A stretch of 64,000 nt of DNA from NCBI GenBank assembly GCA_041489155.1, contig JBGPQP010000003.1:23297-87296 (forward strand), written 5' to 3'. This DNA comes from Candidatus Aenigmatarchaeota archaeon (GTDB taxonomy: Archaea > Aenigmatarchaeota > Aenigmatarchaeia > QMZP01 > QMZT01). The notes under the pieces were generated by a model. The model had not been told where the DNA came from. It saw only the letters and a list, made by a program, of their open reading frames with translations, and made no database searches. The position numbers and the translations under genes are program-made. Below, piece by piece: positions 10,102 through 20,023 of the stretch (positions within the stretch are counted from its first letter, which is position 1; every line of letters begins with the position of its first letter).

Positions 10102-10120
10102 GCCTTTTAGAAAAAGGCTC
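10100..10120 (+). terminator. Stem-loop overlapping the gltX stop codon
   Basis: gagcctttt (10100-10108) pairs perfectly with aaaaggctc (10112-10120), giving a 9-bp stem and a 3-nt loop. An AT-rich tract follows. Confidence 0.3.
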
Positions 10121-10317
10121 AATCGAAAAACTAACTTAAAACTTTAGCAGAAAACTATTTCTTGCAAAATAAACACATTAAATTGGAATTTTGTTCCAAA
10201 TAAATTATATTTTAGGTATTTTATACAATTATTTACCTAATTATTTGAATAAAATGTTAAAGATATGAAAATATGCATAAATAGAGAAATCTTTATTGCC
10301 ATCTACAAAAACCGGCA

Positions 10318-11151
10318 TCAGCCGAGCAGGCCCAGAATATCGAACAAGCTCATGCCCTTCGTCTGCAGCGTCACGAATTCCGCATCCTTGACTCCTGCAA
10401 GTTCTTTGGCCTTCTCTTTTGCGTCTTTTATCGTGCCTGTCGAGTCTATCAGACCCAGGTCGACAGCGTCCTTTCCGAGGAATATGTCTCCTGTGGATAT
10501 CTCTTCTACCTGCGCTGGCGTAAGCTTTCTCTTCTCGCTCACGTCGCTGATGAAATATTTGAATATTTCATTGGTTATGTATTCAAGCTTGCCTCTCTCG
10601 CTTTCGGTCAGGTTGCGGAACGGCGAGCCCATGTCCTTCATTGCGCCTGACGTTATCTGCTCATAGGTGATGCCGTACTTCTCGAAGAGCTTCGAGAACT
10701 CGAGATACGATGCGGTCACGCCCACTGATCCCGTAAGCGTGAGCGGGTCGGCCATTATGTGGTCGCAAGAGGAGGCGATCCAGTAAGCGCCGCTCGCCGC
10801 GACGTCGCCCATCCAGCAGAGCGTCGGCTTATTCATGTCGGCAACAGCGAAGGCGATTTCCCTCGACGCGACGACAGAGCCGCCCGGAGAATCGATTTCA
10901 AACATCACTGCCTTTATGCTCGGGTCGTCTTCGGCCTTCTTTATCAGGTAAAACGCTTCCTCCGGCGTGAACGTATCGCTGAGCAGCTGCTGCCCGGAAG
11001 CGATGACGCCCTGCACCCTGATTATGGCAATCTTGTTGCCGAAAGGCAGTTCAGTCGCCATGAAGCCAGCAGCGATAATTATGACAACGATTCCTATGCC
11101 GACACCGATTCCCAGCAGAAACTTCCAGCCTTCCGTCTTGGATTTTTTCAT
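10318..11151 (-). CDS. sppA: Signal peptide peptidase SppA (36K type)
   Basis: 277 aa with an N-terminal TM segment. Contains the ClpP/crotonase-like S49 motif GDVAASGAYWIASSCD and GSVGVTASY. Confidence 0.8.
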   Translation of the reverse strand: MKKSKTEGWKFLLGIGVGIGIVVIIIAAGFMATELPFGNKIAIIRVQGVIASGQQLLSDTFTPEEAFYLIKKAEDDPSIKAVMFEIDSPGGSVVASREIAFAVADMNKPTLCWMGDVAASGAYWIASSCDHIMADPLTLTGSVGVTASYLEFSKLFEKYGITYEQITSGAMKDMGSPFRNLTESERGKLEYITNEIFKYFISDVSEKRKLTPAQVEEISTGDIFLGKDAVDLGLIDSTGTIKDAKEKAKELAGVKDAEFVTLQTKGMSLFDILGLLG

Positions 11152-11199
11152 GATAATCAGATATGTAATCCTTTGCTTAAAAAATGCGGCAATCCTGGC

Positions 11200-12246
11200 T
11201 TAACCCACGTCCACGCCGTTTACAATAATCTTCTGGACTTTCGTGACCTTGCCTATCACGCTGTGCGCGATGTTGTGTTTCTTAAGGACGTCAGCGATAC
11301 GCTCGTAATCCTCCGGCTCCTCGCCTGGCGCGACGATTATGAAGCCGATTCCCATGTTGAACGTCCGGAACATCTCCCTGTCGCTAAGCAGGCCGTAATG
11401 CTGTATAAGTTTGAACACCGGCTTTGTCGGTTTGGGGAGCTTGATGTCAAAGCCCACGCCGGCTTTGCTGCCTATACGTGCGAGTTTCGAGAACGCGCCG
11501 CCCGTGATGTGGGCGAGGCCATGAACCTTGCAGTTCTGCAGGATCTCGAGGACCGGTTTGACGTAAATCCTCGTCGGCTTGAGCAGCTCTTCTCCGACAG
11601 AGCAGTCAAGCTCCTTGACGTATGTGCCTATGTCATGCCTCTGCAGCAGAACTTTCCTTGCGAGCGAGAGGCCGTTCGAATGCACGCCTGAGCTCTCGAG
11701 GCCTATGACTATGTCTCCTGGTATCATCTTTTCGCCGGTTATAATCCTGTCCTTGTAGACCATGCCTAGCGACATCGCGGCCAGGTCGAAGCCCTTTACG
11801 ACGTCCGGCATTATCGCTGTTTCGCCACCGACGACAGCTACGCCAGCTTCTTTCGCCGCTTTCGCGAGGCCTTTTGCTATCTCGCTTATCATTTTCTCAT
11901 CGGTTTTCTCCAGTGCGAGATAATCAACCATGGAAACAGGTTCAGCGCCCATGCAGATGAGGTCGTTCACGTTCATCGCCACGCAGTCGAAGCCGATGGT
12001 GTCGTACTTCCTCATGGCCTGGGCGATAAGCGTTTTCGTCCCGACGCCGTCGACATGTATCGCAAGCGTCTTGCCGCCGCCGATGTCGATGAGCCCTGCA
12101 TAATGCCCTATCTCGCTCAAAACCCTCCCGAACTTGTCCAAGCGCTGTGAAAAGGTCTGCTTGAAAATCTCGGCCATCTCACCGTGCGAGTGCTTGACCT
12201 TCTCTATGTCGACGCCCGCCTTCTCGTAAGTGAACTCGTCAGTCAT
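11200..12246 (-). CDS. purM: Phosphoribosylformylglycinamidine cyclo-ligase (AIR synthetase)
   Basis: 348 aa. PurM-type N-terminus (YEKAGVDIEK...), DGVGTK motif and AIR-synthase C-terminal domain. Confidence 0.92.
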   Translation of the reverse strand: MTDEFTYEKAGVDIEKVKHSHGEMAEIFKQTFSQRLDKFGRVLSEIGHYAGLIDIGGGKTLAIHVDGVGTKTLIAQAMRKYDTIGFDCVAMNVNDLICMGAEPVSMVDYLALEKTDEKMISEIAKGLAKAAKEAGVAVVGGETAIMPDVVKGFDLAAMSLGMVYKDRIITGEKMIPGDIVIGLESSGVHSNGLSLARKVLLQRHDIGTYVKELDCSVGEELLKPTRIYVKPVLEILQNCKVHGLAHITGGAFSKLARIGSKAGVGFDIKLPKPTKPVFKLIQHYGLLSDREMFRTFNMGIGFIIVAPGEEPEDYERIADVLKKHNIAHSVIGKVTKVQKIIVNGVDVG

Positions 12247-12304
12247 ATTGATAATATGAACCTCTCCGTTTTAAAGTTTCGCCGGAATGAGAAAATCAGA
12301 TAAT

Positions 12305-13645
12305 TCATTTCTTGTTCAACGCCTTCAGCACGTCGTCCACCTGCTCCTTCGCGGTGCCGATGTAGTTGCGCGGGTCGAACAGGCGTTCGATTTCCTTCGC
12401 TGTAAAATGCTTCTTCACCTGCGAATTTTTCAGAAGGATGTCCTTGAGCGGCGCGCCTTTAGCGTACGACTCCATCGCCGCCTGACGCATTATCTCGTGT
12501 GCGTCCTGGCGGCCAATCCCTTTTTTGACCAGCGCGATCATTATCTTCTCGCTCATTACCAGTCCCTTGGTTAGATCAAGGTTTTCCTTTATTTTGTCGT
12601 GTTGCAGCTCGAGGCTTAGAAGAATGTCAGTAATCCTTCGCAGCATGAAGTCGAGCAGCATGAAACTTTCGGCGAAGATTATTCTTTCGTTAGCGGAATT
12701 CGAGAGATCGCGCTCGTGCTCGAGCGGGTTGTTGTCGAGCGCCACCATCACATGCGATTTCAAAACGCGTGCGAGCGAGCAGACGTTCTCTGACTTCCAT
12801 GGATTACGCTTGTGCGGCATGGTCGAGCTGCCGACCTGTTTGTTCTCGAAGCTCTCCAGCACCTCGCCGATTTCCGTGCGCTGGAGGTTGCGCACTTCTT
12901 TCGCGATTTTCTCGAGGGTCGAGCCGATGAGCGCGAGGACGAAGACGAGTTCCGCATGTCTGTCGCGCTGAATCACTTGTGTCGAAATCATTACCGGAGT
13001 GAGACCTAAATCTTTCATCACCAGCGCCTGCAACTTGCGCGCGTTCTCGCCAAACGTCGCCTGCGTGCCGACAGCGCCAGTCATCTTGCCGACGAGAATC
13101 CTTTTTTTCGCCTGCTCGAGGCGGTCGATGTCCCTCTGTATCTCGCAGAGCCAGTTCGCGAATTTCAGGCCATACGTCGTGGGAACTGCGTGCTGGCCGT
13201 GCGTCCTGCCGATGCAGACAACGTCCCTGTTTTTCTTGGTGAGCGTCGCTAGCGTATCCTTCAACTTTTTCAGGTTGCTCTCGATTATTTCTATCGCGTC
13301 CCTCAGCTGGAGCGCGAGTGCCGTGTCCTCGATGTCATACGAAGTCGCTCCATAGTGCACGTATTTGCCGGCATCGCCCGCGACTTCCGTGAGCGCCCTG
13401 ACCATCGCCATCAAATCATGATGTATTTCCTCGTCGATTTCGTGCACGCGCTCGACTGTCACGAACTGCGTGTCCGCTTTCTTCGAGATTTCTGCGGCAG
13501 CGGCTTTCGGGATGTTGCCGAGCTGCGCATGCGCTTTCGCCAGCGAAGATTCGACGTCAAGCCATTTCTGTAGCTTCGCTTCTTCCTCGAAAACTTCGCG
13601 CATCTCGTCGGAACAATAACGGTACTCGATAGGATGTATTGCCAT
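12305..13645 (-). CDS. purB: Adenylosuccinate lyase
   Basis: 446 aa. Fumarate-lyase family signature GSSTMPHKRNP and PurB-type termini. Confidence 0.92.
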   Translation of the reverse strand: MAIHPIEYRYCSDEMREVFEEEAKLQKWLDVESSLAKAHAQLGNIPKAAAAEISKKADTQFVTVERVHEIDEEIHHDLMAMVRALTEVAGDAGKYVHYGATSYDIEDTALALQLRDAIEIIESNLKKLKDTLATLTKKNRDVVCIGRTHGQHAVPTTYGLKFANWLCEIQRDIDRLEQAKKRILVGKMTGAVGTQATFGENARKLQALVMKDLGLTPVMISTQVIQRDRHAELVFVLALIGSTLEKIAKEVRNLQRTEIGEVLESFENKQVGSSTMPHKRNPWKSENVCSLARVLKSHVMVALDNNPLEHERDLSNSANERIIFAESFMLLDFMLRRITDILLSLELQHDKIKENLDLTKGLVMSEKIMIALVKKGIGRQDAHEIMRQAAMESYAKGAPLKDILLKNSQVKKHFTAKEIERLFDPRNYIGTAKEQVDDVLKALNKK

Positions 13646-13670
13646 GCCATCACACCTTTATATTCATATA

Positions 13671-14639
13671 TTATTGCAGATAACCTTTCTGCCTGAGATT
13701 CTTCGCGATTCTTTGCAGCACGTTTTCACGCGTAGTCTCGAAGCGGCTTCCGGTTATCTTCTCATATGCTTCGATATACCTTTTCGCCGCTTCAACCATG
13801 ACTTCATTCGTCAGCTTCGGCGGGGTGCCATCGCCCATGTAGCCCTGGTTCGCAAACCACGTCCTTACATATTCCTTGTCGAGCTTCCTCTGCTCCTCGC
13901 CTTTCGCGAAAAGCTCGTCGTACGTGTCGCTGAACCAGAACCTCGAAGAGTCAGGAGTGTGGATTTCGTCCATGAGTACGAGCTTGCCGTCCAGCAGGCC
14001 GAACTCGTATTTCGTATCGACAAGTATCAGGCCGTGCTTGGCGACAAAGCGCGAGCCGAAATCGAAAAGCTTCAGGCTGACCTCGGACAGCTGCTCGAAA
14101 AGTTCCTTCGAAATCAGGCCTTCCTTAACAGCGTCCTCGCCTGAGATTGGCCTGTCGTGCTCGCCTTTTCCCGCCTTCGTCGTAGGAGTGATTATAGGCC
14201 TGTCGAATTTCTGGTCCTTGTGCAGCCCTTCGGGCAAGCGAACTCCGCAGAAATCCCTGACGCCGCGCTGGTAGTTGTACCATGCGGATGTCGTCGTGAC
14301 ACCTGTTATGTAGCCGCGCACGACCATCTCGACCGGGACGGGCTGGCATTCCTTCACGACCATGACGTTCGGATCGGGGATGTCCAGCATGTGATTTTTT
14401 ACAACGCTTTTAGTCTTGTCGAACCAGAATGCAGCAAGCTGGTTCAAAACTTGTCCCTTGAAGGGAATCGTTCCCAGCACCTTGTCAAAAGCAGAAATCC
14501 TGTCAGTCGTTATTATGATTCTCCTGTCGGTGAGGATGTAATTATCCCTCACCTTTCCCTCATACTTCCTGCCCAGATTGAAATTCGTTTTTCCGAGGGC
14601 AAGAGGAATCTGGCTCCTTATGGCCGCCTCATCTATCAT
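13671..14639 (-). CDS. purC: SAICAR synthetase (long form)
   Basis: 322 aa with YEGKVRD..., [11 protein letters not shown] and [12 protein letters not shown] motifs. Confidence 0.9.
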   Translation of the reverse strand: MIDEAAIRSQIPLALGKTNFNLGRKYEGKVRDNYILTDRRIIITTDRISAFDKVLGTIPFKGQVLNQLAAFWFDKTKSVVKNHMLDIPDPNVMVVKECQPVPVEMVVRGYITGVTTTSAWYNYQRGVRDFCGVRLPEGLHKDQKFDRPIITPTTKAGKGEHDRPISGEDAVKEGLISKELFEQLSEVSLKLFDFGSRFVAKHGLILVDTKYEFGLLDGKLVLMDEIHTPDSSRFWFSDTYDELFAKGEEQRKLDKEYVRTWFANQGYMGDGTPPKLTNEVMVEAAKRYIEAYEKITGSRFETTRENVLQRIAKNLRQKGYLQ

Positions 14640-15049
14640 TTCTTCCCCTTTTTCTTCGCGGGTTCAGCCCTGAGCCTGAGGATGCGTATCGCGAGTTCCG
14701 CCGCATTCCTGCCGTTGTCTATCCCCACCGTCGCAACAGGCACGCCGCCGGGCATCTGCATCATCGAAAGCAGCGCGTCAAGCCCGTCCAGCTTCACCCC
14801 GACAGGCACGCCGATTACAGGCTTGCTCGTATGCGATGCGATGAAACCGGGCAGCGCGGCCGAAAGGCCGGCAATCGCGATTATTACGTCAGCGTCTGTG
14901 TTTTTCACGAGCCTCTCCGTCCCTTTGGGGTCCCTGTGCGCCGAGGAGACACGGATTTCGAAAGGGATTCTGCTGGTCTTCAGGACGTCTTCAGCGCGCC
15001 TCGCGACTTCCATGTCGCTCTGGCTTCCGCAAACTATCAGAACTTTCAT
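14636..15049 (-). CDS. purE: PurE (N5-CAIR mutase / AIR carboxylase catalytic subunit)
   Basis: 137 aa with GSQSD, SSAHRDP and PVIGVPV motifs. Overlaps purC by 4 nt. No purK is visible in the window. Confidence 0.85.
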   Translation of the reverse strand: MKVLIVCGSQSDMEVARRAEDVLKTSRIPFEIRVSSAHRDPKGTERLVKNTDADVIIAIAGLSAALPGFIASHTSKPVIGVPVGVKLDGLDALLSMMQMPGGVPVATVGIDNGRNAAELAIRILRLRAEPAKKKGKK

Positions 15050-15116
15050 ATCTAATCTATCGGTAGCTGTTTTATAAAATTTTGGTTTTTATGCGCCTTC
15101 GCCCAAAATAATTAAT

Positions 15117-16523
15117 ATGCGACGCGAGCATGAACATGCGCAGCAGCATAAGATGCATCCTGTGCATCACATTGCCGTCCACGGCGCGCGCGGCACCAGC
15201 GTGTGGAAGAGGCTCGTGTTTGTCATCGTCTGCGTGGCGCTTTCGGTTCTCGTGTCGTCTTATTTCCTCGGCTTTGGCACGCAGCAGCAGATTGTACTTG
15301 CCCTGACATTTTCCGCTCTTGTCATGTGGCTTTCCGAGCTCGTTCCGCTCCATGTCACTGCGTTGCTCATACCGTTCCTGCTCGTGATACTCGGCGGCTT
15401 CAAGCCGGCGGAGGCATTCTCGCCATTTTTCGATTCCATAATCGTTCTCGTGCTCGGCGGTTTCGCCATCGCTTTTGCGCTCAGCAAATACAAAGTCGAC
15501 GAGTATCTGGGCCACAAGCTCGTGCATCGCGGCTCCGGGCCGCGCATGGTTCTACTGAGCCTCATGGCTGTGACGGCGTTCCTTTCCATGTGGATGGCGA
15601 ACTCAGCGGCGGCAGCATTGATGATGCCGATAGGCATCATCATACTCAAAGAAAACAAGATGCTTCCAGGCAAATCGAAATTCGGGAAATCGATGGTTCT
15701 GGGCATAGGCTTTGCCGCGACCATCGGCGGCCTCGGCACGATGGTTGGCAGCACGCCGAACGTGCTCGTCGCGAAGTTCCTTACCCAGGCCGGCTACTCA
15801 TTCGGCTTCATCGACTGGTCATACTACGGCCTGCCGATGATGATAGCGCTTATAATCTCCACTTTCACAATCCTCACCCTTCTGTTCAAGCCCGAGGTAA
15901 AGAAAATAAGCATAAAGGATGTTGAAAAGAAGCTCAACATCAACCAGAAAAAAGTCCTGGCCATATTCCTGATAACGGTCATACTCTGGATCACGAGCGA
16001 GCTGCATAAGATAGACATAGGCACAATCTCGCTCGTTCCCATATTCCTGCTGTACGCTTTCGGTTTGCTGAAGACCGAAGACTTCAAAAAATTGGACTGG
16101 CCGGCGCTGATACTGATAGGCGGAGGCATATCGCTCGGCTATGCCATGCACACTTCGGGTCTTGACGTGACAATGGCCAATGCGCTGAACACCATGATAA
16201 CGGGCCAGCCGGCTATAATGATAGCCATCGTCATAATAACCTTCGGCGTCGCGCTGACGGCTTTCGCCAGCAATACCGCAGCCGCATCGGTAATGGTGCC
16301 GATGATGATACCTCTGGCTGTCGTTACGGGCATCAATCCGAGAACACTCGCCTTCCTTGCAGGCGTCGGAGTTTCGCTGGATTTCATAATGCCCAGCGGC
16401 ACGCCGCCCACGACAATCGCTTATTCCACAAGCTACGTAAAATTGAAGGAGCTTGTGAAAGCCGGACTGCTCGTGTCGGCCGCAGCGATAGCGATATGCA
16501 CGGCTATTGCTGTCGCTATCTGA
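15117..16523 (+). CDS. DASS/SLC13-family anion:sodium symporter
   Basis: 468 aa polytopic protein. Two hairpin-type motifs are present (ANSAAAALMMP and ASNTAAASVMVPM), characteristic of the DASS fold. Confidence 0.7.
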   Translation: MRREHEHAQQHKMHPVHHIAVHGARGTSVWKRLVFVIVCVALSVLVSSYFLGFGTQQQIVLALTFSALVMWLSELVPLHVTALLIPFLLVILGGFKPAEAFSPFFDSIIVLVLGGFAIAFALSKYKVDEYLGHKLVHRGSGPRMVLLSLMAVTAFLSMWMANSAAAALMMPIGIIILKENKMLPGKSKFGKSMVLGIGFAATIGGLGTMVGSTPNVLVAKFLTQAGYSFGFIDWSYYGLPMMIALIISTFTILTLLFKPEVKKISIKDVEKKLNINQKKVLAIFLITVILWITSELHKIDIGTISLVPIFLLYAFGLLKTEDFKKLDWPALILIGGGISLGYAMHTSGLDVTMANALNTMITGQPAIMIAIVIITFGVALTAFASNTAAASVMVPMMIPLAVVTGINPRTLAFLAGVGVSLDFIMPSGTPPTTIAYSTSYVKLKELVKAGLLVSAAAIAICTAIAVAI

Positions 16524-16542
16524 AGCAATTGCGGCATATCAT

Positions 16543-16562
16543 GCTGAAGCCGGAGCTTCAGC
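16543..16562. terminator. Stem-loop in a convergent intergenic region
   Basis: gctgaagc (16543-16550), loop cgga, gcttcagc (16555-16562): a perfect 8-bp stem. It lies between the transporter stop (16523) and the stop of the minus-strand zinc-ribbon gene (16628). Confidence 0.3.
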
Positions 16563-16627
16563 TAAGTTTGTCCGACCCAAATAACCCAAAAAATCGGGCT
16601 AAGTGTCTTGCAATTCCCGTCTTCTAC

Positions 16628-16804
16628 TTAGAATCTCTTCTTCTTGGCGAAGCAATCTCTGCAGAAAACCGGCCTGCCCTCTGTGGGCTTGAACGGGACT
16701 TCACATTCTTTTCCGCACTCAGAACAAACTGCCTTGTGCATCTCTCTTGGTCTGAAGTCTCTTCTTTCCGATCTTTCTCCGAAATGCCTTTCTCTAAATG
16801 ACAT
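16628..16804 (-). CDS. Small CxxC-x17-CxxC zinc-ribbon protein (58 aa)
   Basis: Below the track cut-off. My translation is MSFRERHFGERSERRDFRPREMHKAVCSECGKECEVPFKPTEGRPVFCRDCFAKKKRF. The CSEC...CRDC spacing and the PF.P..GRPV.C..C core match the widespread CxxC-x17-CxxC domain. Confidence 0.6.
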   Translation of the reverse strand: MSFRERHFGERSERRDFRPREMHKAVCSECGKECEVPFKPTEGRPVFCRDCFAKKKRF

Positions 16805-16904
16805 CCTATCTTACTCCTGTTTATATTTAATTCATTATTTTGCCTAGCTGATTTAAATACGTTTATGTCTGAAATATGCGCCTGCCGGTGCAGCTTTATT
16901 AAAG

Positions 16905-17657
16905 TCAGAACTTCTTCTTCGCGTAGTTGACCGCGTTCCTGAAAATCGCCAAGCCGTCGCCTTCCTCGGGCAGATTCGCGGTCCTCGTCCAGTACGGATG
17001 CATGTATTTCGTGACGAATTTCTCTGGGTGCGGCATTAGTCCGAACACGTTGCCTTCCGTGTTGCAGATGCCGGCGATGTCGTTCATCGAGCCGTTCGGG
17101 TTGTCTTTGTATCTAAAGACGACCTGATCATTTTCCTCGAGCTTGCGTATTGTTTCAGGCGGCGCGACGAACTTGCCCTCGCCGTGGTTTACGGGCACGA
17201 ATATTTCGCTTTTCATGCCTTTGGTGAAAACGCACCGCCCCTTGTTTACGTGCTTCAGCGTCACCCACCTGTCTATGAAATAGCCGGAATCATTCACAGC
17301 GAGGGTCACCTCCTGCTTCCCGAAGCCTGCGAACGCGGGCAGAAGGCCCGCCTTGACTATCGCCTGGAAACCGTTGCATATGCCCATGACGAGCTTGCCG
17401 CCCTCTATGAATTTCACCATGTCTCTGCTCAACTTGTATCTTATCATGTTCGCGAGAATCTTCCCTGACGCAACGTCGTCGCCGTGCGCGAAGCCGCCTG
17501 GTATTGCGAGAATCTGGAAGTCCTCCAGAGAGACTCGGCCCTTTATTATTTCATTTATATGCGCGAGCGAGACCTGCGAGCCGACGAGTTCGAAAGCATG
17601 CATCGTCTCCTCGTCGCAGTTCGTCCCGTCCACGCGCAGCACCAAAGTTCTGACCAT
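16905..17657 (-). CDS. purQ: FGAM synthase, glutaminase subunit
   Basis: 250 aa. Triad-type amidotransferase motifs GICNGFQ (nucleophile Cys) and MPHPE. Confidence 0.9.
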   Translation of the reverse strand: MVRTLVLRVDGTNCDEETMHAFELVGSQVSLAHINEIIKGRVSLEDFQILAIPGGFAHGDDVASGKILANMIRYKLSRDMVKFIEGGKLVMGICNGFQAIVKAGLLPAFAGFGKQEVTLAVNDSGYFIDRWVTLKHVNKGRCVFTKGMKSEIFVPVNHGEGKFVAPPETIRKLEENDQVVFRYKDNPNGSMNDIAGICNTEGNVFGLMPHPEKFVTKYMHPYWTRTANLPEEGDGLAIFRNAVNYAKKKF

Positions 17658-17667
17658 TTTTTCACCA

Positions 17668-20022
17668 TCACCAGTCGAAAGTCGATTTCCATGCCCCTTT
17701 CAGGCCGTCGATTTTTTCGTTCACGATTTCTTTCCCGCCGAGGCCGGTGACCATTAATTTCTTGTCGCCCGTCACCTCGCCGATTTTTGCGAATTTGCAG
17801 CCGGACATGATCTTCTCGAAAGCCTTTTCCTCCGCTTTCTCGACTTCAACAATGAAACGTGAATTGCTCTCCGCGAAGAGAAGCTTGTAGTTCTTTTTGA
17901 CGCCGTTTTGAGGGACGCTTCTTAGGTCGATGCTCATGCCCAGATCGCCTGCGAAGCACATCTCCGCGGCAGCGATTGCAAGCCCGCCCTCCGAGCAGTC
18001 GTGGCATGCGCGGACGAGACGCATGTCCATCGCCTTTGTCAGCGAAGCCATCGCTGTCCTTGCAGCCGGCAACTCGACTCCGGGTATCTCGCCGCCTTTC
18101 AGCGCCTTGATCATGTGGTAATGCGAACCGCCCATCTCGTCTTTCGTTTCGCCTATCAGATAAATTGGATTTCCCTCTTCCTTAAGATCCATCGTCACGG
18201 CTTTCCTCACGTCAGGCATTATCCCCACGGCGGTCACGACGAGGGTGTAGGGTATCGAAATGGTCTCCTTCCCGCCTATGCTGTATTCGTTGTAGAGGGA
18301 ATCCTTGCCGGATATGAACGGCGCCTGGAAGCCCATCGATCCGTCGTAGCAAGCCTTCACTGCCTCGACCAGTGCGCCGAGCCTGTCAGCCTTCTCCGGG
18401 TTGCCCCAGGAGAAATTGTCGAGCAGCGCTATTCGCCGCCCGCCGCAGCAGACGTTGTTCCTGATGGCCTCGTCTATCGCGGAGAGCGCCATGTTGTAAG
18501 GGTTGCCAGAGAAGCGCGGATTGTAACCATTCGAAACGACGACTCCGTCCCATTTGCCGTAAACAGGCCTGAGCACGCAAGCGTCTCCAGGCCCGCCAAA
18601 GCCATGCAGCGGCTTTATCGCCATCTTCGCCTGCACCTCGTGGTCATACTGGCGGATGATCCATTCCTTGCTGGCGACGGTCGGCGAGGCGAGTATCTTC
18701 TTCAGGGCATCACCGAAATTTTCCTCGTCCAGGATGTCGGAGTCTTTTCCCGAAACGAATTTTAATTCAGCCTTTCTGGAAACTTTCGGGATTCCATCAT
18801 GCAGAAATTCCATCTCTATTTCAGCGATTTTTTCTCCTTCGAAAGTGAGCGTGAGTTTTTTGTCGCCCGTGAATTCTCCTATAACAGTCGCTTCGGTATT
18901 CTCGTTCCTGAAAATTTCCAGAACTTCGTTAACATTCGCTTCCGGTACAGCAAGCAACATCCTTTCCTGCGCCTCTGAAACCCAGATTTCCCATGGCTCG
19001 AGGCCCTCGTATTTCAGCGGGACTTTTTCAAGCCAGACTTTCACGCCGGTTTTCTTGCCCATTTCTCCCACCGCCGATGAAAGCCCGCCGCCGCCGCAGT
19101 CAGTCACTGCCGAATAAAGCGGCCTGCTGCCCTTGTCCCTCGCCCCTATCAGGCCGTCGAGAACGCGTTTCTCTTCGATTGCGTTGCCTATCTGCACTGC
19201 GCCGCTCGACGTCTTCTCCGACTCTGTGGACAGCTCTAGCGAGGCAAAGGTAACGCCGTGTATGCCGTCGCGGCCTGTTCTTCCTCCGGCAAGCACTATC
19301 TTATCACCCGGTTTGGGATCGTGCACGTACCTGTCCTTTGGCATTATGCCAAGGCAGCCCGCGTATACCAGAGGATTGCCGATGTAGCCTTCATGAAAGC
19401 CGAAGCCGCCATTCGCCGTCGGAATGCCCATCCTGTTGCCGTAGTCGCGGATGCCTGCGACGACGCCTTTCATCAGGCGCTTCGGATGGAGAACGCCCTT
19501 CGGAAGTTTGCTGTGGGGATAGTCGGGCGGGGCGAAAAACAAAACGTCCGTCGAAAGTATCGGCTTCGCCCCCACGCCCATCACATCGCGGAATACGCCG
19601 CCAGACCCGGTTCCTGCGCCGCCGTACGGGTCGAGTGCGCTCGGATGGTTGTGCGTCTCTACCTTGACGGCGATGTTGTGTTCGCCATCGAAGGTCACGA
19701 TGCCCGCGTTGTCCTCGAAAACATGCACGCACCAAGGCAGCGCGAGTTCTTTAGTCGCCCTGATTATGTAGGATTTCAGGAGGCTTTCTATATTCTGCCC
19801 TTTGTATTCGATGCTCCCGCGGAAAGTCTTGTGCACGCAGTGCTCGGACCAGGTCTGCGCGAAGGTTTCGAGCTCCGCGTCGGTGGGGTTGCGTCCGAGT
19901 TTTGTGTAATAGTCCTGTATTTTTTTCATCTCTTCTGCGTTGAGCGCGAGCATGAACTTCCGCGAAATGCCTACAAGTTCCTTTTCATTCTTCCCAAGTA
20001 TTACGATTTCCCCAGCTTTCAT
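17668..20022 (-). CDS. purL: FGAM synthase II (small PurL)
   Basis: 784 aa. Duplicated PurM-like domains with ETHNHPSALDPYGGAGTG and DCGGGGLSSA motifs. Confidence 0.95.
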   Translation of the reverse strand: MKAGEIVILGKNEKELVGISRKFMLALNAEEMKKIQDYYTKLGRNPTDAELETFAQTWSEHCVHKTFRGSIEYKGQNIESLLKSYIIRATKELALPWCVHVFEDNAGIVTFDGEHNIAVKVETHNHPSALDPYGGAGTGSGGVFRDVMGVGAKPILSTDVLFFAPPDYPHSKLPKGVLHPKRLMKGVVAGIRDYGNRMGIPTANGGFGFHEGYIGNPLVYAGCLGIMPKDRYVHDPKPGDKIVLAGGRTGRDGIHGVTFASLELSTESEKTSSGAVQIGNAIEEKRVLDGLIGARDKGSRPLYSAVTDCGGGGLSSAVGEMGKKTGVKVWLEKVPLKYEGLEPWEIWVSEAQERMLLAVPEANVNEVLEIFRNENTEATVIGEFTGDKKLTLTFEGEKIAEIEMEFLHDGIPKVSRKAELKFVSGKDSDILDEENFGDALKKILASPTVASKEWIIRQYDHEVQAKMAIKPLHGFGGPGDACVLRPVYGKWDGVVVSNGYNPRFSGNPYNMALSAIDEAIRNNVCCGGRRIALLDNFSWGNPEKADRLGALVEAVKACYDGSMGFQAPFISGKDSLYNEYSIGGKETISIPYTLVVTAVGIMPDVRKAVTMDLKEEGNPIYLIGETKDEMGGSHYHMIKALKGGEIPGVELPAARTAMASLTKAMDMRLVRACHDCSEGGLAIAAAEMCFAGDLGMSIDLRSVPQNGVKKNYKLLFAESNSRFIVEVEKAEEKAFEKIMSGCKFAKIGEVTGDKKLMVTGLGGKEIVNEKIDGLKGAWKSTFDW

Positions 20023-20023
20023 T

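Noticed and set aside
10102-10317. AT-rich spacer as a replication origin.
   Set aside because: There is no adjacent cdc6/orc1 gene and no recognisable ORB-type inverted repeats. Only very short direct repeats are present.
15072-15527. 151-aa His/Arg-rich ORF on the minus strand overlapping the 5' end of the DASS transporter gene.
   Set aside because: It is antisense to a well-supported membrane-protein frame, has a low-complexity translation and shows no motif.
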